Assembly (NCBI GenBank): GCA_964200075.2
Contig: CAXNAA020000032.1
Location: 1-33,529 of the forward strand
DNA from: Sphacelaria rigidula
Lineage: Eukaryota
Length of the DNA: 33,529 nucleotides
Reading direction: 5' to 3'
Part shown: piece after piece, positions 12,247 to 24,400 of the stretch
Layout of the letters: each line of letters opens with the position of its first letter
Position numbering within the stretch: position 1 is the stretch's first letter
Translations under genes and position numbers: made by a program
The notes under the pieces: model-generated
Databases searched by the model: none
What the model was told of the DNA's origin: nothing
What the model saw: only the letters and a program-made list of their open reading frames with translations

Positions 12247-12479
12247 ATGTCGGAGCGTGGACGTGGGCGAGGCGGCAGGGGGGGACGAGATGGCGGGGGT
12301 AGGGGGCGCGGCGATTACAGGGGCGGAGGTCGGGGAGGGGGGCGAGGAGGTGATTTCCGTGGAGGCGGGAGAGGTGGTGGCAGGGGTGACTTCAGAGGCG
12401 GAGGCAGGGGTGGCGGCGGTGGCCGATTTGGTGGTGCGCAGGAAGATGCTCGCTTTCGAAACGTGCCTCGCGTCCACGA
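12247..12479 (+). CDS. AGO: AGO exon 1, RGG-rich N-terminal extension
   Basis: ATG in catcATG context; RGG/GD(F/Y)RGGGRG repeats; donor GA|GTGAGT (phase 2) matches the phase of exon 2. Confidence 0.85.
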
Positions 12480-15400
12480 GTGAGTTTCCGGTGTTGGATT
12501 TCAACCAACAGAGAAGTCGAGATCCCGAGGCATTTCTATGATTTGTGCGGCTGTTGGCAACGGACATGATGGATTGGGGCAGGGGTTGTTGGGAGGAGGA
12601 TGGTTGGTTTTCACAGTGTCTCGTTCACTTCCTTTGTAATCGATTTCCTTTTTCCCGTTATGGGTGAGCTGGTTCGCTATGCCATCCTCAAGAGATGAAT
12701 CATGTGCTGTTCTTCCTTCGCTTCAAGTTTGATCGCCATTTTCCTCGGCTGCCCTCGGAAAGAAATACGTGCACGGTGCACACAGCAGTGCAGCTATATC
12801 CCTCATCCACCCGCCCACTCCGTCGCTCGCAGGTACCATGCTTGGCGTTTTATGTTCGACTGGAAAAAGGGTTCAGCAGTGAACGCCATGACATACTGCC
12901 CACGTATCTAGCTTTTTGCAGACAACAGTCAGTAAGATACTGGCTGTTTTTTCAAATTTGCTACATACTCTTATCCATCACGTTGGCATATGATTTCCGA
13001 ACATATTTTTATGTACCTCCACCTTCTTTGATAATTAAGACAACCCCGAGTTCCTCTCCACCGACCATCCACTTGTTCCGATTCACCGACCGCCACTTTT
13101 TTCCCTGGAGGCAGCGTGTTGAAAGTGCTCCCACTGACTGTGCCCTGTGAAGTAAAGTGAAGTCATGTGTCTTGACCGAATGAAATGTTGCTCTCAAGCA
13201 TGTCCTATGTTCGGCGGCCGCCGACTGCCTGTGGTTGCCCTTAGCTGTCGAAAATAGATATTGTTTCCCGGGAGAGTCGATTTTTTTCCCTGAGAAGTAC
13301 ACGGTGCTACCTGCACTGACTGTGACGATATTCACCGTGCTCTCCTGCGTTGACCCCCGTCTACCGTGACACCTTGTGTCACTTGAGATCAATGTCGAAG
13401 CATGACCGATGAAGCGAACACACGGGAGCTGCTTCATTTCGGAAAAGTATTTTGCCCGTTGAAGAATGCCCGCGTCGAATCTGATTTTTCGTCAGGAGTC
13501 TGCCGCCGCTTTTTTCGGTAGTTCTTGTTGAGACAGGTGAAGATCTACTTGCCCAGATGCGCAGACGACCGTTTAACCTTGTTATGGAGGCATTTTTATT
13601 CTACCATCAGTGGAAACCTTTGCCGAGGGAAAGATACGTTTATATTTATATGCGAACCATGCGTGAAATATCACCTTCCAGGGCCTTGATTCGTTCGAGG
13701 CGTTTCACCATGTCCCAATCTCCAGCACCTGTACCAGGTACGTGGACACACGAGCGCACGGTCCAGTGGAGTCGGCTCGATTCCGGTGACTGAAGTTCAT
13801 GGGCTGAGTCACATACAACAGTTGTTTCAGCTCAGATAATCATATTCGAATCTTAACAGGGCTCACACATAGGCCTTTACTTTTCATGTGTGCATATAAT
13901 ATCGCACAAAACGGCGTTTCGCGCATAACCTTCCGCGTTTTTCCAAAAACATTTGTTTTTGGATATGTCAGCATAGCAAAACAAGCCAAGAGATCTGCGC
14001 GATACGCACTACGTGGCGCATACAGTACTTGACGGGATTATACACCCCTTGCCTAACAGCTAGTAGCTGCCCACGGGTGCTCCATCAGGCGTGGCTCGCC
14101 GAGTCATGGCGCTTGTACTCGTGATTTTTTTTCTCAACTTCATTGCAGGTCTGATATCGATTATTGTGCTGTATGCGAACTACGTGATATTCATGTGGAA
14201 CTAATGAAAAAATAAATGTGTCAAATTTTACGTGAGACGTGGGCTTTTGCCTTTTATGTAATTTTTTTGCATGTCGGAAGGTATGTTCCTTGGAGGGTGC
14301 CGCTAGCATCCGCCCCATAAAGGACGCGGAAAAAGCACCCTCATATTTCACCGATATGCGCATATCGACGCATAGTTTTCACCCTCGAGCATGAAGAAAA
14401 TTAATGATACGTACGAAAAAAATGCGCATAAACAGCGAAAGTCCAATCACACCAAGCAACTCGCCCTCGGCCTGGACCACATGGATCCAGTCAAACTGGA
14501 GTTTGGATCCTGGGTGGAACCTCAGGATCGATCGCCAATGCCATGCCTTTGATATTCGAGTTTGACACTTTCGAAAACCCATCAACCCCCCCCCCCCTCC
14601 ACCCAATAAATGATGAAATACACATTGAGGTATGTGGTTACATGGGCCAACTCGGACTTCGCCGGGCAGCATGATTCCCGAGGGGAGAAGGGAAAAGCAG
14701 TCCCCGCGGATGGCTTCTGCCTTGAATTCGGAGGGTGACGTCCACCGTTTCGGTCTGCAGCGTACGGACAGAATAACTTTCAGTTGTCAGGGAAGTACTT
14801 TTCAATTCTTTAACCCGGGAATTAGATGCACGCATCCCTTCCCCACAAAAAAAACATGATTACATTGATGTTATTTTCCAGTTTGGTCTTGAATCCGACT
14901 GGCATCGTTCCCGAACTAGCAAGAACCACCTTGAGAACGTACCCTACCCTTCTGGTTCATGAGTTTTCCCGCCTCCCATTCCCTCTAAAGGGGACTACAT
15001 CTCAACGAGCAGGGGGTATTGTTCATCCGTGGGCAACCCCATGAGCATCCCCACGAGCATCATGCCAGTTCAAGGGGGACACACCCTCTGTGTCATGTAA
15101 CCATCGCGTTTGAAGGAAATGAAGTTTGAACCATGAACTTCCGAAATCTTGGTCCTCGCCGACCCCCCCCCACACACGGATAGTGCGTCAACTGCCGTCG
15201 CCGAGCAACTGCTGTCCACCTATGGATATCTGCATCCCACACACCCAACCCGCTGTTAGGAAATGGCGGAAAATCGCTCTCTCGGGTGCTGATGTAGTGT
15301 CGGACAAGTAACACGGCACTTCACTAGCGCGATCTGCGCCATGAAAAGCACATTGCAAAATCGAGAGCGACCGTCCAAGCGCGTCACCTCCCAGGTAATC

Positions 15401-18400
15401 GCCAAGTTTTGAGGTGGAGTGGCCGACCGAAACGATCCTGCTAGAGAGCCAGCATGTTCGGCACCAGAGCAAAACTGTCAGGACTTGGGGGTCTCCCTGT
15501 TGTCAATCAGGAATTCATTGTAACACGGAAGTACACTGTCAGCACGATACAGCGATCCATTAGCCACGGATTGGGCTCTGATATTGGCCTCAAATCCGTT
15601 CTATATGACGGTGGAATATAAAGGCGGGTGTGATACGGTTTGCAGTCGGTGTGATGGATAACGGGTCTTCGCGCGGATACCCCGATTGCAATGTGCAAGA
15701 GGTAGGAAACGAACTTGAACGTGTAGAGCCAGTGCTGTGAACACGAACTTTGTGGGGATATTTCTGAGCGCGGTATCATATGGGCGGATGTTCAGATTGC
15801 AGTGTGCAAGAGGCAGGAAACAAGCTGGAGCCTTGAGAGCCAGCGGGATGAATATAGGCAAGTGTCCGGATATTCCAGAGCCCGAAGTGGAAGAGATGGG
15901 GAACAAGGATGAGCGTGAATGACGGGGCTCACCTCGGAACTTATGCAGTAGGGAGTTTCCCGCCGTTCACGTAATGTATGGGACTTCGACCCAACGTAAC
16001 TGGTTGCCCGCGGGGGTAGGCTATCGGGGTTAATCATAACCGCCTGTTCAGCAGATGATCGTGCTCGCCGATAGAGAGTTGAAAGGGATGAGTGGTTCAC
16101 ACGTGAACAGTTTCGCTGCCACTGGTGATGGAAGTTGAAAGTTGCTGAGGCCTAACTGGCAAGCTTGGAATATCTATCATCTCCGACGGCAATTTTATCG
16201 GAGTCGCATGTTGTCACGAGAAATGGATGAAGCAAATATTATTTCCATGAGGGTGCGTGTGAGGGTGACAATTATGGAACACAACAGTATCAGCTAATCC
16301 AGGCGATACAAAAGTTTACGAGTTGGATGTTAAAATTTCGGAACGCTCACCAACACGCCCATCATCTCTCGGGATGCCGAAGAAAAAAGAACAATTATTT
16401 GAAATTCTAGCAAAACCTGGAAAGTCTCATATCTCCTCCAAAATATATACATGAAAGATGACGGCATATCATGAAATGTAAAGCCGGTCGCCCCGGTGGC
16501 TCAGTTGATAACCTCGTAACCTTCTGACGGTTGAGTTGTGGTATTCGATTCCCGGAGCGATCTGGGATTTTTCCTTACACCATGCCCAATGGTGGAGAGC
16601 GACTATGTCGTGGGTACACAAAATTCGACTTGACGGTCGACGAGGAAACGGGACGGCTGATCCCCTCTCGCGATATAGAATAAAAAGGCAAGCACCGCAG
16701 AAGGAAGGGGGATTCTAAAAACAAAGAAAAACGAAAAAACTCCTTTGTTCACCTTCCTCCTGTGTGACCCCGGCTGATGCGCCTACATATCCCGACAGGG
16801 GTAGACTGGCGCCCAGAATAAATGGGACGACAACACACACACATACATACTCGCATGCTGGAGATCCTAGGTTGAATATCGGCCAAAATTATGGCAAATT
16901 GGACCCTGTCCGTCACTTTTTGTGTAACATCCCTTTCCTTCCCCTCCCTCTGTATCCGAAGCGATGGAAGAGACTCAAGTCATGGAGGTCACGAGTTTGA
17001 ATCCCCACGTATCTTTTCTCGCAGAATCTGATTCCGTAGTTGAGGTAATATATTATGCAATACCTGGTGTATTTTTCTCATTTTTCTTCCAGCGGCAAAG
17101 TTTGCATGACCCGCAGGGTCTGCATTCCACAGCGATATACTTCACTCTGATTAATTCGGGAAACTTGAGAAGTTATTCCGTGATATGCGCTTATACTTGT
17201 TTTTTTACGGCGGGCCCAGCTCGTGGCTGTTCAAAAATCGGAAGGATGAAAAAGCTGAACCGCCAGTCTTACTCTCATTCTCAGTCTGTTGCCTCATTTT
17301 TGTTGTCTCTATGAAGACGTAGCCAAGGGTTGACCCTTTGACCGTGAGGGTAGGCCGTTTGAATCAACATATTACGAGCAGAGGAGCTCCGAGCTGGGCC
17401 AGCCTAGAGGCGGATTTGAGGTTTGTACGCACGTGCTCTTTTATACACTTGGAGTTGGGCCCTGAAATTTTGTTTGAACAGTGCGTAGGGCATAAAAAAA
17501 AACTTCGGTACCAAAATATATATTTTTATTCTTCATGAGTTGAGGGGCATTTTACTGATACCTGAACACTGATTATTGCCCTTAACCCCTTGACGGCGAG
17601 AGTAGGTCATCTTTTTAATCGGCATCAATTTCACTAAAAAGAAGAATGCATGATCCAGATAGAATGAGCTCGCGGTGTAAGGGTCAACTCATGATGAAGA
17701 AAACACTCTTGGTACCCCAGTAATTTTTTCATGCCCTACGAGCTGGGCCGCCGAAGATGCTCACTTTCCTTCAGTCCGTTCTTACTTACGATGTACCGCG
17801 AGTTGTGCCTACTATGGCACATCATTGTTATCGGCGAATCAGCGAGCGTCTTCAAATTCATGTAGCACTGCGATTCGACAAGGTCCCATAAAACAAAATA
17901 CCAAACGGTGGTGAAGTGCGAAGCGTAGAGAGGTGAGGGTACCATATGCGGCGGAATCAACAAAAAACGGCCAAAATTTGATTTGCGGTTACAGTCGGTT
18001 GTGCCGCGTGTTGCTGCACAAGTTGCGATCGTACAACAACACATGTCGCACTAGGCGCGCAATATCCAAAATGGCACGCAAACGAGGCCCTCAGCGCGCC
18101 AAGGTGTCTGGTGGTAGTGTGCCAACCAACGAGAAGTTCGTGAAGGCCTCTGAGCCGAGAGTAAAAGATGAAAAGTCAAGGGGGATGTTCCGGCTGAGGT
18201 TGGTCAAGTTAAAGGGGATGGTCCATCTCCACATGATAACTGCTGGTCGACGGAATGACGTATTTTCTTCGCTCAATTTCGGACCGTTTTCAATGAAATT
18301 TTGACGCGATGTACAGTATGTATGTGCGAATACCCCCTTCGTTTCTCCCCTGTTTTTTTTCTCCGTGAGTTTTTGTCGGCGGAACATTTCACAACAGTTT

Positions 18401-21400
18401 TTCGGAACAAAATTGCCAATAACTCACGGAGAGACGAAAAATATAGGGGATGTAAGGTTGGATCCTCGCACACACGTCCTGTACATCGTGTCAAAATTTC
18501 ATGAAAAAAACTTGGAATTGCGCTACATATTTGCGTTTTAATTATTCGTTGCTGGTCCATCTCCACATAGTAACTGCTGGTCGATGGAATGACATATTTT
18601 CTTCGCTCAATTTTTTTATCGTTCTCGATTAACTTTTGACACGATGTACAGGACGTATGTGCGAACAGCTGACCTCCCACCCCCTGTTTTTGTTTTTCGT
18701 GAGTTATTGGCGAAGTAACATTTCAGAACAGATTTTTCGAGACGCAATTGCCAATAACTCACGAAGAAAAGAAGAAAAAATACAGCGGATGGAAGGTCAG
18801 CTGTTCGCACATACGTCCTGTACTCCGTGTCAGAATTTCATAGAAAACGATCAAAAATTGAGCGAAGAAAGTGCGTTTCAACATTCCTGGTGGCTTCTTG
18901 GGCCGACCACCAGCCTGTATGAACTGTCCATACCAAATTTCAGGGTCCAACTCTTAATGTATTGAAGTGCATGGGCCCATCAAAAACCGAGTCGGTAGGA
19001 ATTCGGAACAGTATTTCGCAGGTCACTCACCGTCCCACGTTTGGTTCTCGTGTAGTAAAATTTGGTATGGGCGCTCTTCCAGGCATATTCAACAAAAAAT
19101 TATGGGTCAGGTTGATTTTTTTCATTTTTTTCACTGGTTTGGGGCGTTCTACTGTGGCGAAGACCATTTTTTCACGAAGACGCCCTAACCTCTGTTAAAA
19201 AAAATGAATGCCTATTTTTTATTCATTTATTCGGCGCTCTTTCGTGGTTCTCCACACCAAAATTCGCCGCCATATGCTAAATGCATCGATCGAGAGTTCC
19301 ATAGAGATTCTCTACTATTGGCAAGGTATTGGCGCTATCTCCCTTAGGTATATGAATTACTAGACATGAGGTTTAACCAACCAGAAAATATGAGCCCAAA
19401 CTCTTGAGCAGATGAAAACCTTACCCTTGATTGGACGATTAATACGATATGCGCGGGTCACGGCCTAACACGTCTGCGTCGATGAGAAATTGCCTTTGAA
19501 GCTTGAATCCGTTTTTAGGCTGGCCCAGCTTGTATCGCGTCTAGTTTTTGAGAGTTGCGCTACTTGAAAAATATCATGTACGAACTGGCCACAAGAATTA
19601 AAATGTATACGTGAACCCGAATATTTCGCTTCACGAGTTGATGGCAATGAGCAGTTTTTGAGGTGTCGGTGAAATTCCGTAAACCCCTACAGTGGACGAC
19701 GAAATCGGGTCATGTGCTGATATATGCATACATTTCACTTCGAAAATGTATACACGACCGAGGTGGACTACGGGTCGCGTGTTAGGGGTTGAATTGTGGA
19801 AAAAAGAGGCTTTGGGTCGATATATATATGTGTTTCTTTTAATATGCCTTATTCATTGTCCATACCTAATGTCCGGGTCCGCTGCGCCCTGGTGGTGAAA
19901 TGGTTCGACCGTGCCGTTAGGGTCAAGAGAACGGGGGTTCGATCCTCGGTCACTTGGGTTTTTTATTCGTAATGTATGATTTCCACCGTAGAAAGCGTGA
20001 GGACGTAGTGAACAAAAGTAGTCGACTGGGTTTGTGTGACGTAAGTTGACGCGGTGCGACAATGCTGATCCAATCCGCGACACGAAAACGACAGGCGCGT
20101 ACCGGGGAAGAGATGGGTTGATCCCTTGAGACCACGAACTCATTCCGAGGAAGGGGAAGGGTTCAAAGTTTGAGGGGGAAAAAAGAAAAAAAATCCTACA
20201 AATATTGGCCGCCGACTGGGCCTGCAAACTAACAAGCTCGCTTTTACTTCTTGTTCTTGCAGGCTCTAAACTCACCTCCCGTCCTCGGGACGAACCCGTG
20301 GTCTCGAGAAATGAACACCGTCTCTCCGCGGCAACCGCCGTAACACAAACTCGGCCAACTGCTTCTTGTTTACCCAAATCCTGGCGCTTTCTACGCATCC
20401 GGCGAGTCTCGAACTCATGTTCTCTTCACCCTCTCTGTATCAGTTGAACCATTGAACTGCTGGAGCACTGGTTGTTGTTCTACCTCGCGAACCTGCACAA
20501 TCGAACCGGCATTCGAAATTGGGATGTTCGCGGTGTGGAACGTGTGAAACTATTCCCTCGTGTAGGTGTGAGAATCAGTGCAACAATGTTCGTTTTCCCC
20601 CGTCATATTTCGAACCTCCCTATATTTTTGGGCGAGCCCATAATATGAGGAAGCAAACCGTGTCTTTACCCGCGATGTACAAGAGATTTTGGTACCGCTA
20701 ATTTCATCACGATCACCGCGCCGATCGACGTCGTATTTTCCAGGGCTACAAACGTTGCACGTGCAACAACGTTACATGTTACGTTAACATCACGGTTCGA
20801 CCAACACGTAACGTCAAGTAACGTGACGTAACCGTTAATGTTCTCATGACACTTCAGCGTAACGATAATCTTTTCAACATGCCAAATGAAGGGTAACGTG
20901 AAACCCTGAAATCGTCCAAAAGTTCAAAACACGTGATAAGTAACGTTTCATGTAACGTGTGACGTCTTGTTGACCTCAACGCGTTGCATGAAACGTCATA
21001 AACATGTTCCATGACGCAGGGCACCCTCCAAGATCGCAATCAACATTTGAAATCCTGGCAGAGAATGCCTACATCAAACACGAGTGAGTTTGAATGAGTG
21101 TGGTATACTGTAGGACATACTTTTTCAGCAAGTTTCCGCTACGCGCCCCAGCACACTACAACTTATCGTTGCAGTAGAGCATCATAACAAATATCATATT
21201 GATCACCTTCATATCAAAAGAAGAGATCAGGTGTAACGCAATGGGTCAATATATTCACCTCAGGACATGATGTGTGGGGTGTTTCCATCGCATATGCCCT
21301 TACTTCGCCCATAACGGTCAAGGTTTGATGAATAAACGCACCTGTCCTCAATTATACTGCCCCCTCTGCGTGATATTTACTCCCTTCGTTATCGCGTTTG

Positions 21401-24400
21401 GTCATATGTGTCATGTGTTGCTCCAGGATTCCGGTCGAGGTTGTCCCCGGCAAGTCCCTCCCACCCCCAGCGCCGGTTTCCCGCACCGCCCTTACTGACA
21501 CGCCGGTGAGTGGAAGGGGTTGCCTTTGTTTGACCGAGATTGGTGATTGCCATAAAAGATAGTCTGAGCTCTGGCCGCGCCGCCATTTTCCATCGAAAGT
21601 AATGTGCGTGGAATATCGTTGAATTGGAAAGTGAAACGAAGGAAGCTATGTTCTACACGGTATCCCTCAGCCCAAACGCATCCAGCTATCTGGGCCGATG
21701 GTTTGCAATCTCAACATCCCTCCCGCCTCATACTGTGGCGTCTTCGTGTGTTTCTATGTATTGCAATACGTATGTGGCACAGGTGGATGACATTGTCCTG
21801 CCGCATCGCCCCAACTACGGGAAGATGGGGAAGGCGTGTGTGGTGACAGCTAACCACTACAAGGCAGACTACAACAGGGGGCAACTCCTGTACCAATACG
21901 ATGTCAGCCTCGAGGGCTTTGACAAGACTGCTTTGGTGAGTTTTTGTATCACGGTTTTGATTAAATCGTTTTAGATCCGTTCTATTTTGAACTGCGACTC
22001 TGCTATATCTGGGTACCACTCTCTCTTCAGCAGGAGCGAGACACCTAGAGACCCGTGCTTCATTATGATGACGGACAAAAAGCGAAAACATGGGAGCGAA
22101 TGAGACAAAACAAAAGAAGTGGAAGGGATGAAGAAAATCAGTTGAAACAAAGCAAGAAAATATAAGTTGGGAAAAGGAAGTGACGGGCGAATGAAGCCCA
22201 AAGACGACGCAAGTAAGGAGAACTCTTCCGTGATTCATCAGACTTGGCCTGAAAGAAAACGCAGGGCCTGGTTTCCTTTTTGTAAACCATGATCACCTCC
22301 ATAATCAACGGAGTGTTGCCTATTGAGCTTCTTCCAATAACTTTCGTGTTTTTTCGTCCCCATATGTCGTTCCTTATACAGCCTGCGTCAAAGCTGCGTG
22401 CCATTTTCCAGAAGTTCAAGGAACAGCACTCGGCCACGTCTCTGGGGGGCATCGCCTTCACATACGATGGTCGGTCCGTGATGATAACCGCACGCGAGTT
22501 GCCGTTCCCTGCGGAGGGCAAGTCATTCGTGGTGGAGTTCGAGCCCGCTACGGAGAAGCGCGAGGCTAATAACTTCACGGTCATTTTGAAGCAGGTAGCG
22601 ACGAGGAGGCTTATGGACCTCGCCAGTTTCTTCAACGGGGTGAGTGTAGGCGCTTTCATTTTTCTGCTTGAAGATGTGCTGGCTAGTTTTCGAGGAGGAA
22701 ACAAATACTACGTATTTGTTGGCATCAATGTCGATGATGTCTTGGAGGATGACGTGGTTGCGTTTCTATCAGAGCGGCGTGCCATTTACCCGCGCAGCAT
22801 TGTTGTTGATTTCGATCTCGCGTTCGACATGAGGTTGGGAGCAGTATATGCGTGTGTGTGTGTCAACTTTTGAATTCGTCCACTCGGGCAGGATGAAGGA
22901 CGTCATGGCACGAGAGTTATGAAGTAAATCGTGGTCCGAATTCGTCATCATGTCGTGGTGAGATTGATGTGAAGTGAGAGTATGACTGACGCAAGAAGCC
23001 TCTGGCCCACTCATACGAAGAGCTTCGTCCCGTCTTCCAAGCGTCACGAGATCTTCACGTTCTGTCACCCCCACCCCTCACCGTTCCCGCCCGAACAGAA
23101 CACCACCCAAAATGCCTACGACTGCATTACCGCCCTCGATATCTCCCTCCGCCACGCACCCTCGATGTCCCTCACGTGCGTGGGGAGGAGCTTCTACACT
23201 CCGGAGATGCCGTCGCCCATCTCCGGGGGTGCGGAGGTGTGGCTGGGATACTACCAGTCGCTCAGGGCCACCCAGGGCGGACTGACGCTCAACGTGGACA
23301 TGAGCGCTATGGCCTTCGTGCGGAGTATGCCCATGGTGAGACACGGGAGGAGGAAGAGAGGGAGAGATGGTTTCATATATTGTACGCAAAGTTTTGTCTT
23401 CCTTTCCATCCGTCGTTTCTTCCGTGTCGTTGTGGGAAGTCGAGCCCGTGGACGGCGAGACGCAACCAAGATTCACTGGGTGTTGTACAGTTTGATGCTT
23501 GCTTGCCATAGTTGTCATCGTGGAAACAACGCGCCGCGTGCTCATATCATTGCACCCCGTCACCGGCAGAGAGGGTCGAGCTGGGTGTTACGCTGATTTT
23601 TCAAGTTGAGGTGGTCGAAGAAGTGAGACCAAGATAAAATGTGGCCACCCTGACTTGGACTACTCTCAGCGTCGTGCTGCGACCCTCTCGAACAGTTTGA
23701 TGTTAATTTTGCTTCCCACCAAGATCCCTTGTGTTGTTTGTACGATTACTGCGTTCAAACATTGACTACGCATATGCCACACTACTGTACACAGCTTTCA
23801 CGTACTTGCATCAGAATATGCCACAGTATTGTGTTTTTGTCATTCGCGCATCATGGTATGATGCCCCTTTTCGACCCAGGCCCTCTTGTTACGATTGACT
23901 CCCAGGCTGTTGATTTACATTACACTTGAGGTCGAGTTTTGATTGATGAATGACATTATATATCGATGTGTTCCGCAAAGTTCGTACGCTGTTTGTGCAT
24001 GATGTCGACTGCTATAATAGGTGGAGTTCGTGTGCGAGTTGCTGGGCATGCGCGACCCAGGGATGCTGAGCCGCATCCGGCCTCACGACCGACGCAAGTT
24101 GGAGACTGCCCTCAAGGGCGTGAATGTCGAGGTCACCCACCGCAAGTCTAACCGCTCGGTGAGTAGTGTGCTCCACACGTGACGCGATGAAGTCTACGAT
24201 GGCGAAGATTGTGGTGTCTTGTTTCCCGCCGCGGGAGTGCTTGTTGCACTCTTGGTCAAATCAGAAAACGCCCACAAGGTCTCGTGAGCATGGATCCGAA
24301 GTTCCTCCTTTGAATGGATATCCCCTCCGGTCATTCCCGAACGCGGGACGGATGAAAGGAACGGTAGATTTGTCATGAGTACTCGGAGGGCGTTGAAGTG

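Noticed and set aside
12143-12567. Alternative-frame and antisense ORFs over AGO exon 1
   Set aside because: By-products of the G-rich RGG repeat, which lacks stop codons in several frames.
13496-13737. Cryptic AGO exons 13496-13536 and 13682-13737 (the latter with CAG|GTACGT)
   Set aside because: Both shift the frame, the internal ATG is out of frame with exon 2, and such signals are expected by chance in a 9-kb intron.
15476-16270. Solo LTR (TGTCA...TGACA)
   Set aside because: No matching target-site duplication for any candidate start, and no PBS or retroelement ORF.
16484-16560. Functional tRNA gene
   Set aside because: No convincing acceptor stem, a degenerate B box, and it continues into a ~300-bp body shared with other dispersed copies, so a SINE is the better call.
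19853-20398. 181-aa minus-strand ORF
   Set aside because: Largely the antisense reading of the SINE-like element; no protein motif.
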